This document shows positions 48,149 to 56,779 of a DNA stretch of 64,000 nucleotides, piece by piece. The notes beneath the pieces were generated by a model. That model was not told the DNA's origin. It was given only the letters and a program-made list of their open reading frames with translations, and searched no databases. The stretch is from Promethearchaeota archaeon (GTDB taxonomy: Archaea; Asgardarchaeota; Lokiarchaeia; Sigyniarchaeales; SOKP01): contig JAFGGO010000061.1 of assembly GCA_016930515.1 (NCBI GenBank), positions 32,001-96,000 of the forward strand. The letters are read 5' to 3'. The position numbers and the translations under genes are program-made. Position 1 is the stretch's first letter. Each line of letters begins with the position of its first letter.

Positions 48149-49360
48149 TCAATACCCAAAAACCATTACAACTGTCATAATGGCACCTGATATTATTGGA
48201 ACAGTAAAATTATCGTTCATATCAAGTGGTAATACCTCAGCAATAGGTGCAACAAGTCCTCCACAAATTAATATGACTGGCGATATATCTAATAAGTGAT
48301 ACAAGATAAATCCAGTAATCAAAACGCTTCCGAAATAAGCTAGCGTGCCTTCAACCGTTTTAGTATTAAATATTTTATACTTTCCAAACGCTAAACCAAA
48401 AATTTTACTAAAAATATCGCCAAATATGAGAAATATTATTGAAATCATTGCGATATTTTTCTGGAACACGAGAATCGAGAAGAAACTAGCTAATAAAAAA
48501 ATCGTCATTGAAGAAAAACACTTCTGTTCAGTTTTTCTAAATATGGATTTTATCTTTTCTGTTAAAAATTCATTAGCCTGCTTCAAAACGAACCTAATTA
48601 TATCAATAACAGTAAAGATTGCCGTTATAATCCCAATTAGAATTAATGTATTAATTAAGGAATTAAAAACATAAAATACAACGAAAACGATCGCAAAAGG
48701 TCTTGCAGCAACCCTCCACCAGTATGTTTTAAAATTTTCATCCAAAATTACGATTTTTCGTTCTTTGATAATTTTATATAAACCTACGATTCCAATATGA
48801 ATGGTAATTAACAAAAAGATGATATTATATTGGGAATTGGCGTAGTAATAAAATATGCTGAAATCAAGAACAGGAAACAATACTATTGGAAGTAGCGTAC
48901 CAATTCGGGCAATATAATAGAAAATCATGAGAATAATGATAATATAACAAATAATTAGCAATATTACCAAACTCTCTAAAAAATAGTTTATCAAGCAACA
49001 AAGTAAAATCCCCGTGGCAGTTGCAACGCCTTGACCGCCCTTAAATTTCAAATAAAAAGGAAAAACATGGCCTATAATAGTTGCAAGACCGGATAGTTGA
49101 ATTACAAGGAAATTTGCTCCAAATAAAGAAGCAATTAACATTGCTAGAAGACCTTTAACTACGTCGTATATTCCGGTAAGCATAGCATAAGGGAATCCGA
49201 GTACGAAATATGCATTGGAGGTTCCAGGGTTGCCAGTTCCATGGCATCTAATATCGATGTGCTTTATTTTTCCGAAGATATATGCTGGTAATATTGAGCC
49301 AATCAAATATCCTAAAAAAATACTCAATATACTTGCTGGGACATTAATATCAAAAGCCAA
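48149..49360 (-). CDS. plsY: PlsY-like glycerol-3-phosphate acyltransferase fused to SEC59/DGK1/phytol-kinase-type CTP-dependent membrane kinase domain
   Basis: GYLIGSI, DIRCHGTGNPGTSN, DVVKG, GHVFP...FKGGQGVA; C-half FGDIFSKIFG, KTVEGT, DNFTVP. Confidence 0.87.
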   Translation of the reverse strand: MAFDINVPASILSIFLGYLIGSILPAYIFGKIKHIDIRCHGTGNPGTSNAYFVLGFPYAMLTGIYDVVKGLLAMLIASLFGANFLVIQLSGLATIIGHVFPFYLKFKGGQGVATATGILLCCLINYFLESLVILLIICYIIIILMIFYYIARIGTLLPIVLFPVLDFSIFYYYANSQYNIIFLLITIHIGIVGLYKIIKERKIVILDENFKTYWWRVAARPFAIVFVVFYVFNSLINTLILIGIITAIFTVIDIIRFVLKQANEFLTEKIKSIFRKTEQKCFSSMTIFLLASFFSILVFQKNIAMISIIFLIFGDIFSKIFGLAFGKYKIFNTKTVEGTLAYFGSVLITGFILYHLLDISPVILICGGLVAPIAEVLPLDMNDNFTVPIISGAIMTVVMVFGY

Positions 49361-49726
49361 GAGGCAATATCATCTTTAGAGAATTGTTAAATTATAATCT
49401 TTAAATCAATATTTATTGATGTATTATTTATAAATTGAGTTTAACTTAAGATGGAAAAAAAAAAGATTTACAGCTTGCTAGATTTTTTGTATCACTATTG
49501 ATCGGAATGGATCTTTATGAATCAGGTGATGATCGATGTCGTCCTTTATGGGCCTCTTTGATCGTCCTGAACGCGCATTTATCGCGGTTCAGATCCATTT
49601 TGGTCTACGAATTTAGATTATGGTTAACAGTTTTTTCGATTTCGATAATAAAATAATGGATCTCAGTATAGATTTTGACGGAAATGTATACTTTTATATA
49701 CCTTATTTTACATTAATATATTAGAG

Positions 49727-50035
49727 GTGATAAAAACGATCAAATCGAATTTTACTTACGACACGACAAAAAAAGCCGAAGATAATTTCAGGAAAATTCA
49801 GCAAGCGATTAAAGGATTGTACGACATTATAAACTTCAATTTCGTGGAACCCGAGGAGAAGGTTTTTCTTGAAGCGGGAGAAGATAATTTAATAGGATTG
49901 TATAACAACTTAATCGAACTACTCACAAACGAATATGGTTTGAGACATTTAACAAAAAAAATTAATCGATCGGAAATCGACCTCAACATCGTGCTCAACG
50001 AACTGGAAGCTCGTGAATTTCTTGAACAAGAATAG
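49727..50035 (+). CDS. Small helical hypothetical protein, paralog of 46160-46432
   Basis: Full-length similarity to 46160-46432; GTG start within GAGGTG. Confidence 0.8.
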   Translation: MIKTIKSNFTYDTTKKAEDNFRKIQQAIKGLYDIINFNFVEPEEKVFLEAGEDNLIGLYNNLIELLTNEYGLRHLTKKINRSEIDLNIVLNELEAREFLEQE

Positions 50036-50097
50036 TGCAAAACCTACTCCAGTCCAAATTGGCAAACCTTTTATTTTCTATATCAATCATAAAGTTA

Positions 50098-50640
50098 ATG
50101 GTACAAAAAGCATATACCATAGAGGATTTCATCCTTGATATAAAGAATCGGAATTTAAGAGTGGACGACCCTAGAAAGTATAATGCAACTGTTGATTGGC
50201 CCGAAGGTCATTTAGGGACCTACATTCACGACATGCGAGCGGATAGCAATCAGGAAATAAAAAATCAGATCAGTACGATTTTTCAACAACTCTATAATAA
50301 TGTTATTTTAGTTCAAGTCCATTCGATGGGTCGATTATCCGATGAGTACATTGAAAAGATGTGTTATGATTTGAACATGCCTAAATCAAGAATATCAAAC
50401 AATTTATTGGATAGCGTGCTAAAAATGGTAGCTGAATGGTCCATAGAAAATACTAGCTTAATAATATGGAAACGAGGAAAAGAAAACCAATTTGAAAAAG
50501 GCAAAGAAGAAGCGTTTCTATTTGCTGAGAAATGCGCAGAACACCTAAATTGGCTCTTAATGGAATCTGAAAGAAATGTACCGATCGAACTCGGCAACGA
50601 TCTCACGAAACCGAATCGATTAAAACCCATTTTCTCTTAA
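50098..50640 (+). CDS. Hypothetical protein
   Basis: Long ORF, ATG 50098 preferred over GTG 50035; no motif recognised. Confidence 0.7.
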   Translation: MVQKAYTIEDFILDIKNRNLRVDDPRKYNATVDWPEGHLGTYIHDMRADSNQEIKNQISTIFQQLYNNVILVQVHSMGRLSDEYIEKMCYDLNMPKSRISNNLLDSVLKMVAEWSIENTSLIIWKRGKENQFEKGKEEAFLFAEKCAEHLNWLLMESERNVPIELGNDLTKPNRLKPIFS

Positions 50641-50676
50641 AATATTAACTACTTAGAATTTAAGTCACTATGTTGA

Positions 50677-51010
50677 TTGATTAAAAAATATCGCAATTAT
50701 TGGATGTGAAAGGATGCCAGATTCTTGTCCTGAAACTTCTTGTCTTACTTCATTTTTAGAAAAAAAACATTTTTAAAAATTAAAACAAAGATTCAATTTT
50801 TAATAGGTTTCTTTTCTTGTAGAGGTTGTCCTGGGCGCAGGATCTTCAGATTTATCAGGAATTTAAAAGAAGAAATTGGTCTTTATGTCGTTCATATCGC
50901 ATCTTGCGTGTTAAAAGGAACTCCTTTTCCGAAAGGCCTCTATAAAAAAGAAATCATAAAAACCATCAGAAATGGGTGTTAATGTGGTTTTAAGAAGCGA
51001 CGATAACTAC
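50677..51010 (+). pseudogene. Frameshifted CGGC-domain protein
   Basis: KNIAIIGCERMPDSCPETSCL (frame a), IGFFSCRGCPG...VVHIASC (frame b), EMGVNVVL (another shift); at least three frame changes. Confidence 0.8.
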
Positions 51011-51155
51011 CAAAGGGAACTTAAAATCAAAAAAAAAACGAGCAAAATTGAAAACTACGAGGAAATAAAGGGCTTGCTCGATGATAAAAAATATAGGTAG
51101 CGTAATTTTAAATTTTTGTAATAAAATTTTTTTAGCATTAAATTATCTTATCATA

Positions 51156-51929
51156 ATGGAAGAACGAACTCTTGAAGAATTGCTAAAATTAGCAGCAAAC
51201 GATCGCGCTCACGCGCCTGAATTTTACAAGAAATTATTATCTTCAGAGGTTTATTTACTTGGGCTAATTGAAAAAGCAAGTAATCTTATCAATTCAAAAG
51301 AAGAGGCCATTTCCTTAGAACCAGGAGACGAAGTGAATTTTACATTTTGGCATTATGAAGATGGCACACAATTTCTCCCAATATTTTCTTCTCTAAATAT
51401 GCTCCAATCAGTCATCAAGGAGGATTCCCAATACATTAAATTCCCTGCAAAAGTATTATTTGAAATGGTTAAGGGAATTCCAATCTTTCTAAACCCCAAA
51501 GCACAATATGGAAGAGAATTTTTACCAAAAGAAATCGAAAGCTTGTTGAAAAATCAAACAACCCAAGAAGCAAAACCCATACTCATCGAAAAAGAGACGC
51601 AAGTCTTAATCGGCCATCCAGCAAATTATCCCCAGAATTTGATTGATACTTTAAATAAATTTCTACCAAAAATCACTCAAGTAAGAGAAGCTTATCTTGC
51701 TTTGTATCTTAATCCCACAATAGACGATAAACCAGTTTTATTAATTGCGATTGATATAGAAGGAGGAATACAGGAATATGAGAAGATTCGGAACGGAATT
51801 GGCACGGTTGCTCAGGAATCAGCCCCCAAAGGAGAAATTATTGATTTTTTATTATTGGATAAGTCAGATGTAAATAACTCAATAAACATGTATTTTCGGG
51901 ATAAAAAGCCATTTTATAAGAGAACATAA
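51156..51929 (+). CDS. sseB: SseB family protein (SseB plus SseB_C domains)
   Basis: HAPEFYKKLL, FLPIFSS, LNPKAQYGREFLPKEI, LIGHPANYP, VREAYL; ATG 51156 preferred. Confidence 0.88.
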   Translation: MEERTLEELLKLAANDRAHAPEFYKKLLSSEVYLLGLIEKASNLINSKEEAISLEPGDEVNFTFWHYEDGTQFLPIFSSLNMLQSVIKEDSQYIKFPAKVLFEMVKGIPIFLNPKAQYGREFLPKEIESLLKNQTTQEAKPILIEKETQVLIGHPANYPQNLIDTLNKFLPKITQVREAYLALYLNPTIDDKPVLLIAIDIEGGIQEYEKIRNGIGTVAQESAPKGEIIDFLLLDKSDVNNSINMYFRDKKPFYKRT

Positions 51930-51935
51930 TTTAAG

Positions 51936-52940
51936 TTACATTTTTGGTTTTTTTAGATTTTCTAATTTAATTGGTTCTTCTTCCTTTTTATTTTCTTGAT
52001 TGGTTTTAGTTTCTTCGTTTTCCAATTTTTTTATTACCCTCGTGAAGGTTTCAAGTTCTTTCTTCCTCAAATTCTCTTCGTCAAGCGTGATAGCCTTTAA
52101 TTCCTCGTCATTCATGGGTTTTAAAATGTCTCGAAAATCCAAAATCTCCTTATCTTTCATAACATTACTAAATACACCTTTCAATTCACCAATAAATGCT
52201 GGCCTACCAGGAGGAGCTAAAGCTACAGATTTAGTTGGAACTCGTCTTATCCTCGTGATAGGTTGATCAAGAAGCGCGTGAGACAGATTTGAGCCCAAAC
52301 TAACACCATTAAAACTAATATGCTTGAGAGTTTCAGTGATTTCTTTCAAGTAATTCTCAACATTAGCAAGTCTATCGTTGTTGATCTTGATTTCTGCCAT
52401 AAGAGAATTCGAACCTGACACGCTTTCAATGGTTTTTTTTTCATATACAACCGTGTTTTTTTCCTTATTATTTTGCTTATCCCTCGAAACTTCTTGATAT
52501 ACTCTTTCCTGTGTAAACGATGTCCTTACGGGTGTTTCTTCTACAGTAGCCCTTTTTTGATAGAGAGAAGTTATTTCATCTTCGTTCACGTAAATTTCAG
52601 ACATTTCAAATTTCTGGTTTATTGATATTTCAATTCTTTTTCCCGATTTAAAAAATGCGGTTAATGAAAGGAAATTAATGTTAAGATCGTCTTTTTCCAC
52701 CATTAAATCGAGGTCTATTGAAAAAAGAACGAAATCGGTATTTATAAAAAATTTCTTGATTGAAACAAGAATGGGCATTTCAGTTCGATAGGGATCGTTG
52801 CGATTAACCTTAGAAAGTTCATATTTAAGGTTCATTCGCTTGATGTTTTCGGGAACGAATTGCTCTTTATCTCGCTCGTTTTTCTTGAACTCCAAGAACA
52901 AATTTTCGTGATCGTCCCAAAATACCTGGAATAGCTCCAT
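51936..52940 (-). CDS. Hypothetical protein: N-terminal beta-rich domain, short coiled coil, low-complexity C-terminus
   Basis: 334-aa ORF with ATG start. Confidence 0.75.
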   Translation of the reverse strand: MELFQVFWDDHENLFLEFKKNERDKEQFVPENIKRMNLKYELSKVNRNDPYRTEMPILVSIKKFFINTDFVLFSIDLDLMVEKDDLNINFLSLTAFFKSGKRIEISINQKFEMSEIYVNEDEITSLYQKRATVEETPVRTSFTQERVYQEVSRDKQNNKEKNTVVYEKKTIESVSGSNSLMAEIKINNDRLANVENYLKEITETLKHISFNGVSLGSNLSHALLDQPITRIRRVPTKSVALAPPGRPAFIGELKGVFSNVMKDKEILDFRDILKPMNDEELKAITLDEENLRKKELETFTRVIKKLENEETKTNQENKKEEEPIKLENLKKPKM

Positions 52941-53204
52941 GCTTATTTTACCAACCTATTATCTAGGATTGGTAATTTAAACTCCAAACAAATATTAAAA
53001 ATGAGCAGTCCAAGAAATTTGTGATATATTCTTAACCTAAATAACTCATTTATTACCCTAACTTAAGACAAAGTAATGTATTATAGCAAGAAATTTTTTA
53101 AAAGAGAAGATTATATTTTTTCCTCATTATATTAATTAACATTAAAATTCATTCAAATGAATAATGCCAATGGAATGTTCTTTTGTTATTGATTATAAAA
53201 TAAT

Positions 53205-53492
53205 TCAATCAGGACCAAGTTGCCTTTTAAGGTCTATAAAAATAGGAATTTTTTTGTCCTTTTGTTCAATCACGACTTTCAACATACCGTTTTCAATTGA
53301 AGTACTCAATGGGTGAATCTCTCCCTCACTTTCAATTTTTTTAACTCCAATACTTGAAGCGCGCTTAGTTTTCATTTTTAAACAAGTGTGTTCCTCATCG
53401 TATAAAATGCATTTCGAACAACAAAAACCTACTGGCATGTGTCCTACGATCGAACATAAGTCATAATTGTCACAATTGCAATTATTGCACAT
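53205..53492 (-). CDS. Cys8 small putative metal-binding protein (copy 2)
   Basis: C-x2-C-x-C-x5-C-x10-CC-x2-C-x8-C; SD-like GGTGA upstream. Confidence 0.85.
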   Translation of the reverse strand: MCNNCNCDNYDLCSIVGHMPVGFCCSKCILYDEEHTCLKMKTKRASSIGVKKIESEGEIHPLSTSIENGMLKVVIEQKDKKIPIFIDLKRQLGPD

Positions 53493-53512
53493 CTACGGAT
53501 TTCACCAATGAA

Positions 53513-53734
53513 TTAATGTTGTATTTCTGGATAATCTAATAGTTTTTTCGCCTTAGTTTTCACGCAAAAAGCACTAGGAAGTACAGGTTTATTTTTCAAG
53601 GTCCATCCCATCTTAGCTTTAAGACAAGTCAACATTTCGTCGTAATGCTCGCATTTCGAACAACAAAATCCTATTGGTTGCATTCCAACAATCGAACACA
53701 GCTCATAATCATCACAATTACAATCATTACACAT
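53513..53734 (-). CDS. Cys8 small putative metal-binding protein (copy 1)
   Basis: Same Cys spacing as 53205-53492; ATG 53734 aligns with the paralog start. Confidence 0.85.
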   Translation of the reverse strand: MCNDCNCDDYELCSIVGMQPIGFCCSKCEHYDEMLTCLKAKMGWTLKNKPVLPSAFCVKTKAKKLLDYPEIQH

Positions 53735-53949
53735 TTTTAACAATCACACCAGAGAAATTTTTTTTTGGATTTCTCCATTATTGTATATTTTTTTACTTAT
53801 ATTTAAATCTTATGCAAAAAATGATCCATTTCCGACATATCCGTAATTATAAATGCACGAATCCGATAATGATAGGATTTGTGATGATTGTCTTTGTCAT
53901 TATTGATCGATAACGATCATCATTAAGCGACTTTTACAATCTTAAGGTC

Positions 53950-53976
53950 AATTGTGATCGGGATGGAATCACAATT
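53950..53976. promoter_or_regulatory. Perfect 9-bp inverted repeat, candidate operator
   Basis: AATTGTGAT-n9-ATCACAATT within a divergent intergenic region. Confidence 0.5.
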
Positions 53977-54416
53977 TACACATTATTTCCTGTCCTTTAT
54001 AATTATTCGTGACATTACGAATCAAACATATAAAATTAAAATAACTTCATTTAATATGATTTCTTAAAAAATTCGCAGGCTCCATTCATTAATAATTAAT
54101 TAATCACAATTTAATTACTTTCAAAAATATGTGAAATAAATATGATATGTTGTGAATAGTGTAATAACCCAATTGAAGAAGATAAAATCAACTCTTTCAT
54201 AGCATTTACATTAGGAAACACCAAAAAGGGAGATTTTATACCTATTGGATCAATTTACTATCACAGAGATTGCTTGAGAAAACAAAAACCTATCAAAACA
54301 CTATAGATCCTTCTTTAAAAGGATTTTAACTTCTTTTTTTTATTACCTCTCATTAATATTGAAAAATTTTATTATTTGCTAAAATATAAATGTATGAAGA
54401 AGAGTACATATGGTGA

Positions 54417-55052
54417 ATGACTACAAACGATACAGAAGACGACGGACTTATTCGATTTATTTGTCCTTATTGTAGTATGAGCTTTAAAAAGGCAATCGAA
54501 TTACAGAAGACTGCTAGAATAAATACAATTCTCATAAAAAATCATCCAGAGGGAAAAAATTGCCGCCCATTCATAGCCTTCATTGACTCGTTTGGAAAAC
54601 ATAGGGGATCACAAAAAATAGATAATGTAGAAGAAGCAGCATCGGTCAACAATCAGATCATTGAATCATCGTTAAAAACTATTAACGAACTGGAAGATAT
54701 GATACGTTTTTATCACCTAAAACTTCCTCGAGGTAAAGGAAGGGGATTTGAGCATAAGGTATCGAATGTTACAGATAGAGCGGTAATGAGTTCGCAGTTT
54801 TATGTTTTATTAGTCGAATCGTTGGTACAAATAGTAGAAGATAATGTTTTTGGTATCGTCACAATAGAAAAAGACAATAATTTCGAAGGTGGTCTTTTGG
54901 TTTATGGAAAATATAATGGTATGATCTACTCAATTTTTTGGCGAGACCAAAAATCGCTCCAGGAAAAATCTTTAGATGATTTACGCGCCAATGCTAATTT
55001 AACCATTGAACAATTGCTCGATATTTACAATCTCTTAGAGTTCTTTTATTAA
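54417..55052 (+). CDS. Hypothetical protein with N-terminal CxxC zinc-ribbon-like domain
   Basis: FICPYC...NHPEGKNCRPFIAFIDSFGKHRGSQKID. Confidence 0.78.
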   Translation: MTTNDTEDDGLIRFICPYCSMSFKKAIELQKTARINTILIKNHPEGKNCRPFIAFIDSFGKHRGSQKIDNVEEAASVNNQIIESSLKTINELEDMIRFYHLKLPRGKGRGFEHKVSNVTDRAVMSSQFYVLLVESLVQIVEDNVFGIVTIEKDNNFEGGLLVYGKYNGMIYSIFWRDQKSLQEKSLDDLRANANLTIEQLLDIYNLLEFFY

Positions 55053-55353
55053 ATCTGATATTTAAATCTAAAAAGATTTTTTATATAGGAAAGACTCCAT
55101 AAAAAGTGCTATAAAAAGCTGATTTTCTGAATTTTTATACAATCACAATTGTTATATGCGCGTTTTTGCCTCGATGGGCGATCATAATCGTTGAAAAGAT
55201 CGACTTTCGTTGATGCTCAGACTCTTTTTTTTCGGATTCGATCATTTTTTGCCCTCCGAATATAGAAATTTTTAAATACTAGCATGATGAATATATTCAT
55301 AGTTTAAAGAAATACCAATTTTGGAATAATATATCTATAATAGCTAGATTAAC

Positions 55354-55851
55354 ATGAGTGTTATAAATTTTGATTTTAGGAATGAAGTTATGAAACATAA
55401 CGCGTCCTTAAGCTACTGTTATCAATGCTCGACATGTTCTGGAGGTTGTCCTGTCGCATTAATAACTGAAGGGGCTTATAATCCTAGAAAGATCATAGAA
55501 GAAGCAATACTGGGTTTTCAAGAAAGGTTAATTGAGTCTAAAGATCCTAATATTTGGTTGTGCTCGACATGTCAAAAATGCGTTGAATTATGTCCCCAGA
55601 AAGTAGAACTCACGGAAATTTTTTCCGTGATAAAAAATAAGTGTTTTGAAGAGGGAAAATGTCCCGATGCGTTTTATTCTCAGGGAAAGACCGTTTTAGA
55701 AAATGGCATCGCAATTCCATACTCAAAAGCAATTACTTCCAGGCGAGAAAAGCTAGGATTACCCAATATTAAGACTGCTCAAATCGAGGAAATTCAAAAA
55801 ATCATGCAATCAACTAAGTTTAATATATTCATTAATAAAGGAGGAGAATGA
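55354..55851 (+). CDS. hdrC: Heterodisulfide reductase subunit C
   Basis: CYQCSTCSGGCP, WLCSTCQKCVELCPQ. Confidence 0.95.
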   Translation: MSVINFDFRNEVMKHNASLSYCYQCSTCSGGCPVALITEGAYNPRKIIEEAILGFQERLIESKDPNIWLCSTCQKCVELCPQKVELTEIFSVIKNKCFEEGKCPDAFYSQGKTVLENGIAIPYSKAITSRREKLGLPNIKTAQIEEIQKIMQSTKFNIFINKGGE

Positions 55852-55855
55852 AAAA

Positions 55856-56731
55856 ATGAGTTACGACTTATTTTTAGGATGTGTCATACCAGCGCGATTG
55901 CCTTTCTTAGAACTTTCTTCGAGAAAGATTTTTGAAAAACTAGGGATTGAACTAAACGATGTTGATGGATTTAGTTGCTGTCCAGATCCAACAGGAATAG
56001 AACTGATTGACCAAAAAACATGGCTTGCAATGGGTGCAAGAAACTTAAGTTTATGCAATAAAAATGGTGGTGTGGTTTCCTTTTGTTCAGGTTGCGTTGA
56101 GACCTTAAAAGGAGTTAATTACCACATCAAAAAAGAAGAATCGGTCAAAAAGGATGTAAACGAGATCCTTAGTAAGGTTGGTAAAATTTACGACGGAAGC
56201 GTAGATGTAAAACATTTTGCTCAGGTTCTCTACGAAAATATTGAAAAAGTTAGAAAGAATGTGGTAAAACCACTTGAAAACTTCAAAATTGCCGTTCATT
56301 ACGGTTGCCACTATTTAAGACCTTCAGAAATTATTGCTTGGGATGATCCTTTCGAACCGCGAACTTTAGACGAGATCGTGGAAGTCCTTGGGGCAGAATC
56401 AATAGATTACGATATGAAAGCGGAATGTTGTGGAAATCCCGTTGATAAATCAGATAAAGAACTTTCCTTGTTAATGATAAAAAATAAATTAGAGGCAATT
56501 CAAAATTCTGGAGCTAACTGCATTGCTTTAGTTTGTCCAGCATGTTATCAACAATTTGAATTCAACCAAAAGGAACTAAATAAATCTGGAGAATGTAATT
56601 TTGAAATTCCCGTGTTTTACCTATCAGAATTAATCGCTTTGGCGTTTGGTTTCAAACCTGAAGAACTAGGTTTTAACTTCCACCGAGTAAAACCAAAGGT
56701 CTTATTCGAAAAAATTCAATTTTTTGGATGA
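55856..56731 (+). CDS. hdrB: Heterodisulfide reductase subunit B
   Basis: FLGC, SCCP, CSGC, HYGCH, CCG, CPAC. Confidence 0.95.
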   Translation: MSYDLFLGCVIPARLPFLELSSRKIFEKLGIELNDVDGFSCCPDPTGIELIDQKTWLAMGARNLSLCNKNGGVVSFCSGCVETLKGVNYHIKKEESVKKDVNEILSKVGKIYDGSVDVKHFAQVLYENIEKVRKNVVKPLENFKIAVHYGCHYLRPSEIIAWDDPFEPRTLDEIVEVLGAESIDYDMKAECCGNPVDKSDKELSLLMIKNKLEAIQNSGANCIALVCPACYQQFEFNQKELNKSGECNFEIPVFYLSELIALAFGFKPEELGFNFHRVKPKVLFEKIQFFG

Positions 56732-56779
56732 TTGATTCATTCAAAATTTAATCAGAATTAATAGAAATGTGATGAAAAA

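Noticed and set aside
50740-50982. 80-aa ORF as an intact gene
   Set aside because: It is the middle fragment of the frameshifted CGGC pseudogene
53674-53913. 79-aa plus-strand ORF
   Set aside because: Overlaps the Cys8 gene antisense and its promoter region; no motif
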